Virus record (IMG/VR): IMGVR_UViG_3300010362_000002
Span: 1-52,321 of that record
Length of the DNA stretch: 52,321 nt
Reading direction: 5' to 3' (one strand)
From: a virus
Taxonomy: Duplodnaviria; Caudoviricetes
Shown: piece by piece, positions 6,119-14,942 of the stretch
Numbering within the stretch: position 1 is the stretch's first letter
Layout of the letters: each line of letters begins with the position of its first letter
The notes under the pieces: generated by a model
What the model saw: only the letters and a program-made list of their open reading frames with translations
The model's database searches: none
Told to the model about the DNA's origin: nothing
Translations under genes and position numbers: made by a program

Positions 6119-7731
6119 TCTCGCTCGGCATCGGCGACCGGAAGAGTTGGTCGGATGCGCTCAAGGCTCAGTGTTATAACAACGACACGGCTTATGCGGG
6201 CGCTTCCCACCGGCGTAAGCAACTTAGTAACTGGATTCCGCGCCTTGCTCCTGCGGACGCGGACTTACTGCCTGAGTTAGGCGACTTAGTAGCACGCTCG
6301 CGCGACTTAGACCGCAACAACGGTGTCGCCGCCGGTTCGTTTCAGGCGCTGCAGGACAACGTCGTCGGCATCGGGTTGCGCCTCGCGGCCACGCCGGATT
6401 ACCGGGCGCTCGGCAAAGACATCACCTGGGCGGAAGAGTGGTCGCGCGACGTGGAAAGCCAGTGGAAAACCTGGGCAGAGTCGTGCGCGGCGGATGCCGC
6501 CTACCGGCAGAACTTCAACGGGCTCACGCAGTTGGTTTTCCGCAGCGCGTTGCAGAACGGCGAAGCGCTGGCGCTGCCCTTGTGGATGGAGCGCACCAAC
6601 ACCACGTGGCGCACCTGCCTGCAGTTGATCGATACGGATCGGTTGTCAAATCCCGGCACGTCGCCGGTGCCGACCCGGAACCTGCGCGGCGGCATCCAGA
6701 TCGACGACTACGGCAAGCCGCTCGCGTATTACATCCAGGATCAGCCCAAGGATTACGGCTTGCTCGCGCGTGGGATCGGCCTCGCGTCGTCGGCGGGCAC
6801 CTGGACGCGCGTACCGGCTGAGACCGAGTGGGGCCGGAAGCGGGTGATCCACATCTTCGAGCAGACGCGGGTGGACCAGAGCCGGGGGGCTCCGATCCTC
6901 GCGCCGGTCATCGAGCAGTTCCGAATGCTCGACGCCTACCAGCGTACCGAGCTTCAGTCGGCCATCGTGAACGCGATTGTCGCCGGTGTGATCGAGACGC
7001 CCATGGACCCGGCGGCGCTCGCGGAACTGATCGGCACCGATCCCAACAAGTACCTCACCGGCAAGAACGACTACCGCGTGCAACTCGAAGGCGGCAGTCT
7101 GGTGCCGCTCTATCCCGGCGACAAGCTCACGCCGTACACGCCGTCGAGGCCGGTGGGGACTTTCCCGGCGTTCGTCGAGACCATCCTGCGGCAGATCGGC
7201 GGCGCTCTCGGGCTGCCGTATGAACTGGTCGTCAAGGACTTCTCGAAGTCGAACTATTCGAGCGCCCGCGCGGCGCTGCTCGAAGCGTGGCGCTTCTTTA
7301 TCAACCGGCGCGTGTGGCTCGCGACCTACTGGTGCCAGCCGGTGTACGAACTGTGGCTCGAAGAAGCGGTTTCTTCCGGTCAGGTCGAGGCCGACTTCAG
7401 CTACGAGACGCGGGCGTACTACTGCCGCGCGAAATGGATCGGCCCCGGACGCGGATGGATCGATCCGGTGAAGGAAGCGCAGGCCGCGCAGATCCGCATC
7501 GAGAATTACGTCTCGACGCTCGAAGTCGAGTGCGCCGAGCAGGGTCTCGACTGGAACGAAGTGCTCGAACAGCGTGCGCTCGAACGCGAACGCATGAAGG
7601 AACTGGACCTCCTGCCCGCAACGCCGCAACCCGCAGCCGCCGCCGCCGCCCCGGACACGACCCCGTCAGACGGCGGCGACGGCTCCGGCCAGGAGGATCA
7701 AGTGCCGCCCGCACAGGAGAAAGCCGCATGA
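6115..7731 (+). CDS. Portal protein, lambda gpB family
   Basis: LVARSRDLDRNN, NVVGIGL, QSRG.P.LAPV, DFSKSNYSSARAALLE, WIGPGRGWIDPVKE. Confidence 0.97.
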   Translation: MISLGIGDRKSWSDALKAQCYNNDTAYAGASHRRKQLSNWIPRLAPADADLLPELGDLVARSRDLDRNNGVAAGSFQALQDNVVGIGLRLAATPDYRALGKDITWAEEWSRDVESQWKTWAESCAADAAYRQNFNGLTQLVFRSALQNGEALALPLWMERTNTTWRTCLQLIDTDRLSNPGTSPVPTRNLRGGIQIDDYGKPLAYYIQDQPKDYGLLARGIGLASSAGTWTRVPAETEWGRKRVIHIFEQTRVDQSRGAPILAPVIEQFRMLDAYQRTELQSAIVNAIVAGVIETPMDPAALAELIGTDPNKYLTGKNDYRVQLEGGSLVPLYPGDKLTPYTPSRPVGTFPAFVETILRQIGGALGLPYELVVKDFSKSNYSSARAALLEAWRFFINRRVWLATYWCQPVYELWLEEAVSSGQVEADFSYETRAYYCRAKWIGPGRGWIDPVKEAQAAQIRIENYVSTLEVECAEQGLDWNEVLEQRALERERMKELDLLPATPQPAAAAAAPDTTPSDGGDGSGQEDQVPPAQEKAA

Positions 7732-8978
7732 GCAAAGAACACATCCGCATCCTCTCGCTGCTCGAAGAGCGTCCGTGGGCCATCACCGAGGACATGATGC
7801 GAACCATCCTCGACATCGTCCAACAGCCGCTGCACGAGGCCTCCGACCTGGATGCCGTGGCCGCGCGGATCGGGAGGCCGCTGGCAAACACCTACAGCGT
7901 GGAGCAGCGCGATGCGGTCGCCGTGGTGGACGTGAGCGGTCCCATCTTCCGCTATGCGAACCTGTTCACGCATTTCTCCGGTGCCGTCTCGATCCAGGAC
8001 CTCTCGACCGATCTGCAGGCCACCGTGGAGAACCCGCTGATCAAGCACATCGTGCTGAACGTCAACTCACCCGGCGGGCAGTACGACGGCACCAACGAGT
8101 TGGCCGACCGCATCCGCGCGTTGAATCAGATCAAGCCGGTCACCGCCTACGTGGGCGGCACCGGCGCGTCGGCGGCGTACTGGCTCTCTGCGGCGGCGGG
8201 CCGCATCGTGGCCGAGGAGAGCGCCTTCGTCGGCAGCATCGGCGTGGTGGCGGCGATCCGCGACAACAAGGCCGCGCAGGAGCGCCAGGGCATCAAGAAT
8301 TACCAGTTCGTGTCGAGCCAGTCTCCACGAAAGCGACCGGATCTGGATAGCGCCGAGGGCCGCGCCCAGATTCAGGAGCAGGTCGATATCGCGGCGGAAC
8401 TCTTCATCTCGAAGGTGGCGAGCTTCCGTGGCGTGAGCGCCGAGACCGTGATCGAGAAGTTCGGCAAAGGCGGCGAGCTATCCGCAGCGCAGGCGCTGAA
8501 GGTCGGCATGATCGACGCCATTGGCAACTTCGAAGGTCTGGTCGAAGAACTCAATTCAAAGGAGGTCACCTACGTGCCACAAGGAACCGCAGCGGGCGCT
8601 CAACCGCCCGCCGAGCCGCAACCACAGCAACCGCCCGCCGCACCGGCTATCTCGGCGGAAGCCGTCATCGCCGAGGAGCGCTCGCGCTGCCAGCAGATCA
8701 TCCAGTCCGAGGAAGCCGTTGGCCGCACCGTGCTCGCGCAGCACTTCGCCTACAAGACCAACATGACCGTCGCCGAAGCGAAGGCCGCGTTGGCCGCTGC
8801 GCCGCAGAATGCGACGGAGACCAAGCGAGACCCGCTCGCGGCTGCGATGGCGCAAATCCCGAACCCGAAGGTGGGGCCAGGACAACCGCCAGAGGACAAA
8901 CAGAACGACGCCGAGACCGAAGCGCGGGCCGTGCTGCAGTTCGTGCCCAAGGCTCGGCGCATGCAACAGGCGAGCTAA
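7728..8978 (+). CDS. S49 family prohead protease with C-terminal scaffold (lambda gpC/Nu3-like)
   Basis: VNSPGG, ASAAYWL, VGSIGVV; ATGA overlap with the portal gene. Confidence 0.93.
   Translation: MSKEHIRILSLLEERPWAITEDMMRTILDIVQQPLHEASDLDAVAARIGRPLANTYSVEQRDAVAVVDVSGPIFRYANLFTHFSGAVSIQDLSTDLQATVENPLIKHIVLNVNSPGGQYDGTNELADRIRALNQIKPVTAYVGGTGASAAYWLSAAAGRIVAEESAFVGSIGVVAAIRDNKAAQERQGIKNYQFVSSQSPRKRPDLDSAEGRAQIQEQVDIAAELFISKVASFRGVSAETVIEKFGKGGELSAAQALKVGMIDAIGNFEGLVEELNSKEVTYVPQGTAAGAQPPAEPQPQQPPAAPAISAEAVIAEERSRCQQIIQSEEAVGRTVLAQHFAYKTNMTVAEAKAALAAAPQNATETKRDPLAAAMAQIPNPKVGPGQPPEDKQNDAETEARAVLQFVPKARRMQQAS
8574..8978 (+). CDS. In-frame internal-start scaffold protein (Nu3-like)
   Basis: AAGGAGGT at 8559-8566, 7 nt before an in-frame GTG at 8574, exactly where the protease domain ends. 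Confidence 0.7.
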   Translation: MPQGTAAGAQPPAEPQPQQPPAAPAISAEAVIAEERSRCQQIIQSEEAVGRTVLAQHFAYKTNMTVAEAKAALAAAPQNATETKRDPLAAAMAQIPNPKVGPGQPPEDKQNDAETEARAVLQFVPKARRMQQAS

Positions 8979-9002
8979 CGCCACAGAAAGAGGAGAGCAA
9001 AC

Positions 9003-9698
9003 ATGCCCGCAAGTTTTTCATCGACTGATTTTACTTACGACCAACTGGTCGCTTCCGAGACCGTCTCGCGCAGCGGCATCATGACATCCGGGGCTGGCGT
9101 CGTCAAACGCGGCACCATCGTCGGCGTCGCCTCCGCAACCGGCAAATACACTAAGACGGACGCCGCCTCTGCCATCGTCGCCGAGGACTGCGACGCCACC
9201 AGCGCCGACGCTGCCTGCGTCGTGTATGTCCAGGGCAAGTTCCTGGCGACCGGCATCACGTGGCCCGCTGCCGGGGCGCACTCGGTGCATACCGCGCTTC
9301 TGCATGACTTGGGCGTCTATATCCTGAGCGCCATCGACGAGAGCGGGCAATTGGTGAAGCCGGATTCGGCGACCGTCGGACCCGCGCCGAAACTGGCCGA
9401 AGCGCCGCCCGAACAGCCGCCCGCTACGCCTCCGGTCGCGGTGACTCTCAGCCCGACGAGCGAGCCCGCCGGTAACAAGAACGGCGAGACCGGCGACACC
9501 ATCGCGGTGACCACCACGGCGACCGATCCGTGGACTGCGGCCACGACCGACCCATGGATCACCATCACTGCTCCGACCGGGCCGACTACCGGCAACGGAA
9601 CGGTGACCTACAATCTCGCCGCCAACACCACCGGCGTATCGCGCTCGGGCTCCATCACCATCGGCGACCAAACCTTCGCCGTCACCCAAGCCGGATAG
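9003..9698 (+). CDS. Head decoration protein (gpD-like) with C-terminal BACON-like Ig domain
   Basis: VKRGTIVG...IVAEDCDAT..D....VYVQGKF; Pro linker; WTA.T.DPWITI...GNGTVTYNLAANT...RSGSITIG..FAVTQAG. Confidence 0.85.
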   Translation: MPASFSSTDFTYDQLVASETVSRSGIMTSGAGVVKRGTIVGVASATGKYTKTDAASAIVAEDCDATSADAACVVYVQGKFLATGITWPAAGAHSVHTALLHDLGVYILSAIDESGQLVKPDSATVGPAPKLAEAPPEQPPATPPVAVTLSPTSEPAGNKNGETGDTIAVTTTATDPWTAATTDPWITITAPTGPTTGNGTVTYNLAANTTGVSRSGSITIGDQTFAVTQAG

Positions 9699-9778
9699 AA
9701 ATTCGACCGCGCGTAAGCGGCGGCTTGTTTTGGGGAAGGCAGGCCGCAGCGACCGCGAGGGTCAAAGGAGAAAGGAAA

Positions 9779-10801
9779 ATGGCAGACCTGTTTTCAACAG
9801 ACGTATTGAACGCAGTCGTTGCGAGTTTGCTCGGCAATCCGCAATTCCTGCTCGACCGCTACTTCCCCAACACGCAGAACGAAACCTCGGAGGAGATCCA
9901 CTTCGACACGCTGAACGGGGCTCGCCGCCTCGCGCCCTTCGTCAGTCCGTATGTCGAAGGGCAAATCGTGGAGTCGCAGACCTTCAAGACCGCCACGTAC
10001 AAGCCCGCGTACATCAAGGACAAACGGGTGTTCGATATGAACCGTCCGCTCAAGAGAAGCGCGGGCGAGCAGATCGGCGGCACCCTGACTCCGGTGGCGC
10101 GTCTCCGCGCGATGGTCGCGCAAGATCTGCAGGACCAGATCAACATGCTGCGGCGGCGGCAGGAAGTGATGTGCGGCGAGGTGCTCGCCACCGGCAAGCT
10201 CACCATCAGCGGCGACAAGTATCCGACCGCGCTGCTCGATTTCGGACGCGCGGCGGGCAACACCATCACGGCGGCGACGCTGTGGAACGCGGGTACCGCG
10301 AAGCCGCTCGACGACTTGCAAGATTGGGCGCAGATCTGCCTCAAGCAGACCGGCGCTCAACTGCTCGACGTGATCATGACCGTGGACGTGTGGAAAGTGT
10401 TCCGCGCCGACCCCACGATTAAAGACCGCCTGAATATCATCCGCAGCTTCGGGCAGCTTCCCTCGCTGATCCCCGACGCGCAGTTGACCGAGGGCGGCGT
10501 CTTCATGGGCACCGTGGACGGCTTCAACATCTTCGTGTACAGCGGCTGGTATGTCGATCCAGCCGACGGCGTGGAAAAGCCGATCCTTCCGGTGGGCACA
10601 GTCATCCTGACCGGCGGGCAGCTCGAAGGCGTGCAGGCCTACGGCGCGATCCGCGACGAGCAGGCCGGTCTGCAGGCCGTCTCGTACTTTTCGAAGTCCT
10701 GGCTGCAGGAAGATCCGAGCGTGCGCTTCATCATGCTTCAGAGCGCTCCGCTGATCGTTCCGTACCGGCCCAACGCGAGCTTCAAAGCGAAGGTTCTCTA
10801 A
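9779..10801 (+). CDS. Major capsid protein, lambda gpE family
   Basis: FLLDRYFP, LAPFVSP, YKPAYIKDK, RRRQE.MC, MLQSAPL; strong SD. Confidence 0.95.
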   Translation: MADLFSTDVLNAVVASLLGNPQFLLDRYFPNTQNETSEEIHFDTLNGARRLAPFVSPYVEGQIVESQTFKTATYKPAYIKDKRVFDMNRPLKRSAGEQIGGTLTPVARLRAMVAQDLQDQINMLRRRQEVMCGEVLATGKLTISGDKYPTALLDFGRAAGNTITAATLWNAGTAKPLDDLQDWAQICLKQTGAQLLDVIMTVDVWKVFRADPTIKDRLNIIRSFGQLPSLIPDAQLTEGGVFMGTVDGFNIFVYSGWYVDPADGVEKPILPVGTVILTGGQLEGVQAYGAIRDEQAGLQAVSYFSKSWLQEDPSVRFIMLQSAPLIVPYRPNASFKAKVL

Positions 10802-10918
10802 TTCTCTTCGGCAACGCCACCGACGCCGAAGGAACTAGCGAGGGCCGGGTCTGAGCTTCACTTCCCCAAGGGCTCGGCTCTTCGCATGGCCGCAAAAACA
10901 ATTTTCAAAGGGAGGCTT

Positions 10919-11356
10919 ATGAGCCAGGGAAAAGAGGTCGCCGTACAACAGGGCAAGCGGATTTCCGTGCAGCAGGTAAGGGACATCTTCGAGGCCGGAG
11001 ATCTGCCGATGCCGACCGCCGTTACGTATCGCCCAGATTTCTGGGACAACATCTACGTCGTCAACCCACCGGGGTTCCCGCCCACGCAAATCAATCCGAC
11101 ATATTGCCTGTCGGTAACTTCCGCGATGGAATTGATGCTGATCTTAGCTGACCTTGAGCCCATCGGCTACGCGGCCCCGCCATTGACTTACACCGGCGGG
11201 CCGTACAGCATTTCGAGCGATGTGCCGTGGCTTGAGTTCAATAACGGCGCGGTTCGCAATGCCGGTCAAGTCGCACAGTATTGGGTGAATAACAACGGCG
11301 ACCCCGGAGGCCACACGGCGGAAAGCCGCGCAAGGCAGGACATCGCCTGGGGCTAA
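10919..11356 (+). CDS. Hypothetical protein in the head-tail region
   Basis: GGAGG SD; preceded by two hairpins at 10802-10885; no recognisable motif. Confidence 0.7.
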   Translation: MSQGKEVAVQQGKRISVQQVRDIFEAGDLPMPTAVTYRPDFWDNIYVVNPPGFPPTQINPTYCLSVTSAMELMLILADLEPIGYAAPPLTYTGGPYSISSDVPWLEFNNGAVRNAGQVAQYWVNNNGDPGGHTAESRARQDIAWG

Positions 11357-11360
11357 CCCG

Positions 11361-11696
11361 ATGTCTCCTCTTGCCGACAACCCGTTCAATACGGTCCACG
11401 CCCCGACGCTGTGGGCCGTGCTCCTGACGGAGTTCGGGCAGGAAGTCAATTACTGGCCGGATCGCGACGATACTCAGGCGCTCGTCGTGTCCGTGATCTG
11501 GAAGGAAGGCGCGGAGGACGAAGAGGTCTCGCCCGGTCGCTACTCGAACATCTGGGTGCAGAACTCGGACTTCTCCGCGCTTCCGCATAAGGGCGACGCC
11601 GTGGAATCGGATGGCAAGGTCTTCGACGTGGTGCGCATCGACGCCACGCGCTACGGCTATTCGCGCCTCGTGCTGCAGGAGGACACGTATGCCTAA
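11361..11696 (+). CDS. Head-tail adaptor (gpFII-like)
   Basis: Size, synteny and PHKGDAVESDGKVFDVVRID motif. Confidence 0.7.
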   Translation: MSPLADNPFNTVHAPTLWAVLLTEFGQEVNYWPDRDDTQALVVSVIWKEGAEDEEVSPGRYSNIWVQNSDFSALPHKGDAVESDGKVFDVVRIDATRYGYSRLVLQEDTYA

Positions 11697-12138
11697 CGGT
11701 TTCACGGCCAAGGTGCGAACCGGGCGCGTGCGGCCTCCGCGCCTCGACGGCGGCCAGCAGCAGGCGCTCGGGGAAGAGATGGTCAAGCAGCAGAAGGCCC
11801 GGTGGGCGACCGGCGTCAACGCCGACGGCCAGAACGCCAAGCCGCTCTCGAAGAAGTACATCTTCCAGAAGAAGAAGTACCGCAACATCCGGGGCCAGCC
11901 GATCCGCGACAACCGCATGACCGGCGTGCTGGTGAAAAACTTCGCGCTGCGCAAGGCCATCAACGGCAATATCCGCGCGGAGAACTCCACGCGCGAGGCC
12001 CGCGCCCACGCCAACCGCGCGGTGCAGTACGACAACATGATCGGCTTTTCTGGCAAGGACACCGTCGCGATCCTCAAGGAGGCCAACGACCTTTACGGCG
12101 ACGCCCTGAAGAAGGCCTGGGTGCCCATCAATGGTTGA
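11689..12138 (+). CDS. Basic neck/tail-completion protein
   Basis: Basic 149 aa with KPLSKKY..KK and TG.L; AGGAGG SD; synteny. Confidence 0.65.
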   Translation: MPNGFTAKVRTGRVRPPRLDGGQQQALGEEMVKQQKARWATGVNADGQNAKPLSKKYIFQKKKYRNIRGQPIRDNRMTGVLVKNFALRKAINGNIRAENSTREARAHANRAVQYDNMIGFSGKDTVAILKEANDLYGDALKKAWVPING

Positions 12139-12589
12139 TCTCGAAGATCTGACCAACGCCTTGGTGGACGCGCTGCGGCGCGTTCCCGAGCTTGTGGCGG
12201 CGCTCGGCGGCGATCCCATGCGGATCATGCCGTACATCGACAACAACCCGGATTTCAATTCGCTCTCGGCGGCGGCTTACGAACAGGAACCGGGCAGCGT
12301 GCTGGTCGGTTGGGACGACACGCAGATCACCGAAGACGAGATGCCGCAGTGGCTCCACAACCATTTGTTTTACGTGCGTGCGCAGCGTAAAGGCGTAAGC
12401 GCTCTGCGCCTCGTGACGCTGCTCGTAAACGGCGTGCCCGATCCCGGCGACGGCCAGCGATGGCGCTTCTGCCCGGTGATGGAGGGCGTGTACCGGACGG
12501 AGATCCCTTCCATCGAGCGCATCCAGGATTCCGAAGGTGTTGACTACTTTGCCGTTCATGCGGCGACCAAGGAAACAGGAGACGAATAA
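12131..12589 (+). CDS. Tail terminator-like protein
   Basis: Acidic 152 aa directly upstream of the major tail protein. Confidence 0.6.
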   Translation: MVDLEDLTNALVDALRRVPELVAALGGDPMRIMPYIDNNPDFNSLSAAAYEQEPGSVLVGWDDTQITEDEMPQWLHNHLFYVRAQRKGVSALRLVTLLVNGVPDPGDGQRWRFCPVMEGVYRTEIPSIERIQDSEGVDYFAVHAATKETGDE

Positions 12590-13945
12590 ATGGCTACCGC
12601 GAGTTGCCCCGCGAATGTAAGAGAAACCAAGATCGCATTCGGCTTCAAACCGCAGGCCGATGTCGCGACCATGAATCTCCCCACCGAGATGTGGTCGCTC
12701 ACCAAGACCAACCCGGCGCTCTCGGTCATCACGCCGGTCACCGAAAACGACGCCAACGATATCGGCAAAGGCGACGAGTTCCCCACGCAGATCTTCCCGT
12801 CGCACATGGACGCGGCGGTGCCGGTCGAGAAGTATGCGTCGTCGGAGTTCCTCGCGTGGCTGTTCTGCTTTGCGACCGGCAAGGCCTCCAAGACCGCCGC
12901 CGGTACCGGCTGGACCTATAGCGCGGTGCCATCGGACCCGGTGACCGAGTGCATCAACCTCACCCCGTTTACCTTCGCGGAACAGATCCGCACGCCGCCC
13001 GATTCGGTGATCGACCGCGCCGCCGTGGGCATGGTGGTCTCGGACTTCACCATCCTGATGGAGAGCGGACCCGGGCGCAACAACTGCCGGGTGCAAGCCA
13101 ACTTCGTGGGCACCGGCAGAGTCAACGCGCCCTCCGGCATCACGCCCTGGCCAACCGTCACCACGGAGCATTTCCTGAATGCCGCGTCGGCGCAGATCAC
13201 CATCAACGGCATCGACTACGTGCTGGCAAAAAGTTTCATCTCGCTGGAGTTCCGGTGGACCAACAACGTGCGCCTGGATAGCGGCTTCTATCCCGGCTCG
13301 GGAACGCAGAACGGCTACGCGGTGCGCGGGCGCATGGAGTACAACACGCGCGAATGCACGCTCCGCTTCGTGGCCCGCGCGGCCAAGGGGTCGCCCGAAT
13401 ACAACGCGCTCGTGGCGCAGCCGCCGACCGAGGGACCGGCGTCCATCAAATTGGTCGGCGCACTGATCGGCGCGGGTCCGTCCAAGCACGGCATGGACAT
13501 CGAGATTCCCCGGTGCGTGTTCGCGTCGGTGGTCAACGGCGACACCGACGGCGTGGTCAACGTGGACTGCACCATGACGCTGCTCAAGCCGGTCGGCGGC
13601 GGCGACTACATCACCATGTCCGCGACCACGGAGTTCGACGGCATCCTGGCGCTGATGTCTGGAGGCCCGGTGCCTCCTGCGACGCCGCCCACCGAGACGC
13701 TGCCGGTCGCGAGCGCGAGCATCCCGGCTGCCGGTGCCAGCGGCCAGAGCTTCGACGTGCAATCCACGGCAACCTGGGCGGCCACGAGCACGGACGCCTG
13801 GATTACCATCACCGCGCCCACCGGCACGGTCACCGGCGACGGCACCGTGACTTACATCGTGTCGGCGAATACCGATCCCGCGCCGCGCACCGGCCACATC
13901 ACCGTTGGCACGGCCACGTTCCAGGTCGATCAAGCGGGCGCGTAA
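12590..13945 (+). CDS. Major tail tube protein with C-terminal BACON-like domain
   Basis: Beta-rich 451 aa before the chaperones and TMP; Pro linker then WAA.S.DAWITI...GDGTVTYIVSANT...RTGHITVG..FQVDQAG. Confidence 0.8.
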   Translation: MATASCPANVRETKIAFGFKPQADVATMNLPTEMWSLTKTNPALSVITPVTENDANDIGKGDEFPTQIFPSHMDAAVPVEKYASSEFLAWLFCFATGKASKTAAGTGWTYSAVPSDPVTECINLTPFTFAEQIRTPPDSVIDRAAVGMVVSDFTILMESGPGRNNCRVQANFVGTGRVNAPSGITPWPTVTTEHFLNAASAQITINGIDYVLAKSFISLEFRWTNNVRLDSGFYPGSGTQNGYAVRGRMEYNTRECTLRFVARAAKGSPEYNALVAQPPTEGPASIKLVGALIGAGPSKHGMDIEIPRCVFASVVNGDTDGVVNVDCTMTLLKPVGGGDYITMSATTEFDGILALMSGGPVPPATPPTETLPVASASIPAAGASGQSFDVQSTATWAATSTDAWITITAPTGTVTGDGTVTYIVSANTDPAPRTGHITVGTATFQVDQAGA

Positions 13946-13968
13946 CAGTTCTTTGGAGGAAAAGGGAA

Positions 13969-14580
13969 GTGAACTACAAATTCGATTCGCAAGCGGAGAT
14001 CGTCGCGCGGGCGCGTACCGTGTCCGCAGGGGCGACGGAGCTTTCCGTCAAATTTCCCGACGACGAGGCCTGGGGCGAGCGCGGCAGGAAGTGCCGCATC
14101 ATGGTCAAACAACTGGGGCGCGGCAACACGGAAATGGAGACCGACTACGGCGACGTGGACCTCAAGATCTACGAGCGCGTGCGCCTCAATGGGAGCCCCG
14201 CGCTCACGCCCTTCGAGGCCACCAAGATGATGAACGTTCTCGGGCAGGCGCAGGTCGTCGATAGCGGGCTCGTGGGCGACGGTGCGGAGGTCGAGCTTCG
14301 CGTCTTCGGCGGCACCGTGCGCCACACGGTCAAGCGGGTGCCGTCGGCGGAAGAGGTACACAAATTACACAAGGCCGCGCGTCAGTGGCAGAACTCGCGC
14401 GGGCAGACCGAATACCGGCTCTACGTGGAACCCGGCGCGAAGCTCTACGAGGCCTGCGGCGGCGCGAGCGAGGACTACGCGAACGCCATCCCGGCGATCC
14501 ACAAGGACGCGGTGATCCGCGAGGTGATCCGCGAAGTGGACAACGAACTGGAGCCGCTCAACGATGAAAGCCTTTTTTAA
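13969..14580 (+). CDS. Tail assembly chaperone (gpG-like)
   Basis: GTG start after GGAGG/AAGGGA; ends in slippery CCTTTTTTAA. Confidence 0.75.
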   Translation: MNYKFDSQAEIVARARTVSAGATELSVKFPDDEAWGERGRKCRIMVKQLGRGNTEMETDYGDVDLKIYERVRLNGSPALTPFEATKMMNVLGQAQVVDSGLVGDGAEVELRVFGGTVRHTVKRVPSAEEVHKLHKAARQWQNSRGQTEYRLYVEPGAKLYEACGGASEDYANAIPAIHKDAVIREVIREVDNELEPLNDESLF

Positions 14581-14942
14581 CCGGCGGCGGCTGGCCGGAA
14601 GCGCCGTCGCCGCGTTTCATCTTTCACCGGATGATGCGGCGCAGCCGCCTATGCCCCGGAGCGCACGAGTGCCCCGAGGTCTTGAACGCACAACCGCTCG
14701 CGACCGCGCAAGCAGCCGTTCCCTGCGCGGAATGTCCCGCCGAGTTACTGGGGGAATATTTGGGGTCGCCTTCCGGCCAGCGTCTGTCAGTGGTGATCGA
14801 TCTGGACTTCGCGCTCCAGTCGGGCTTCCACCTGACTCTCCATGACGTGAGCTATCGCGAGTTCCGGCTCTTGCGGATTTTGGCGGAGGAGCGGCAGAAG
14901 TTCGAGATCGAGGAGATTCGAGGGAAACGAGATGGCCAATAA
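14577..14942 (+). CDS. Tail chaperone gpT-like extension reached by -1 frameshift (gpGT)
   Basis: The -1 frame from 14577 (TTA ACC GGC GGC GGC TGG...) is open into ORF 14631-14942, just before the TMP. Confidence 0.75.
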   Translation, partial: LTGGGWPEAPSPRFIFHRMMRRSRLCPGAHECPEVLNAQPLATAQAAVPCAECPAELLGEYLGSPSGQRLSVVIDLDFALQSGFHLTLHDVSYREFRLLRILAEERQKFEIEEIRGKRDGQ

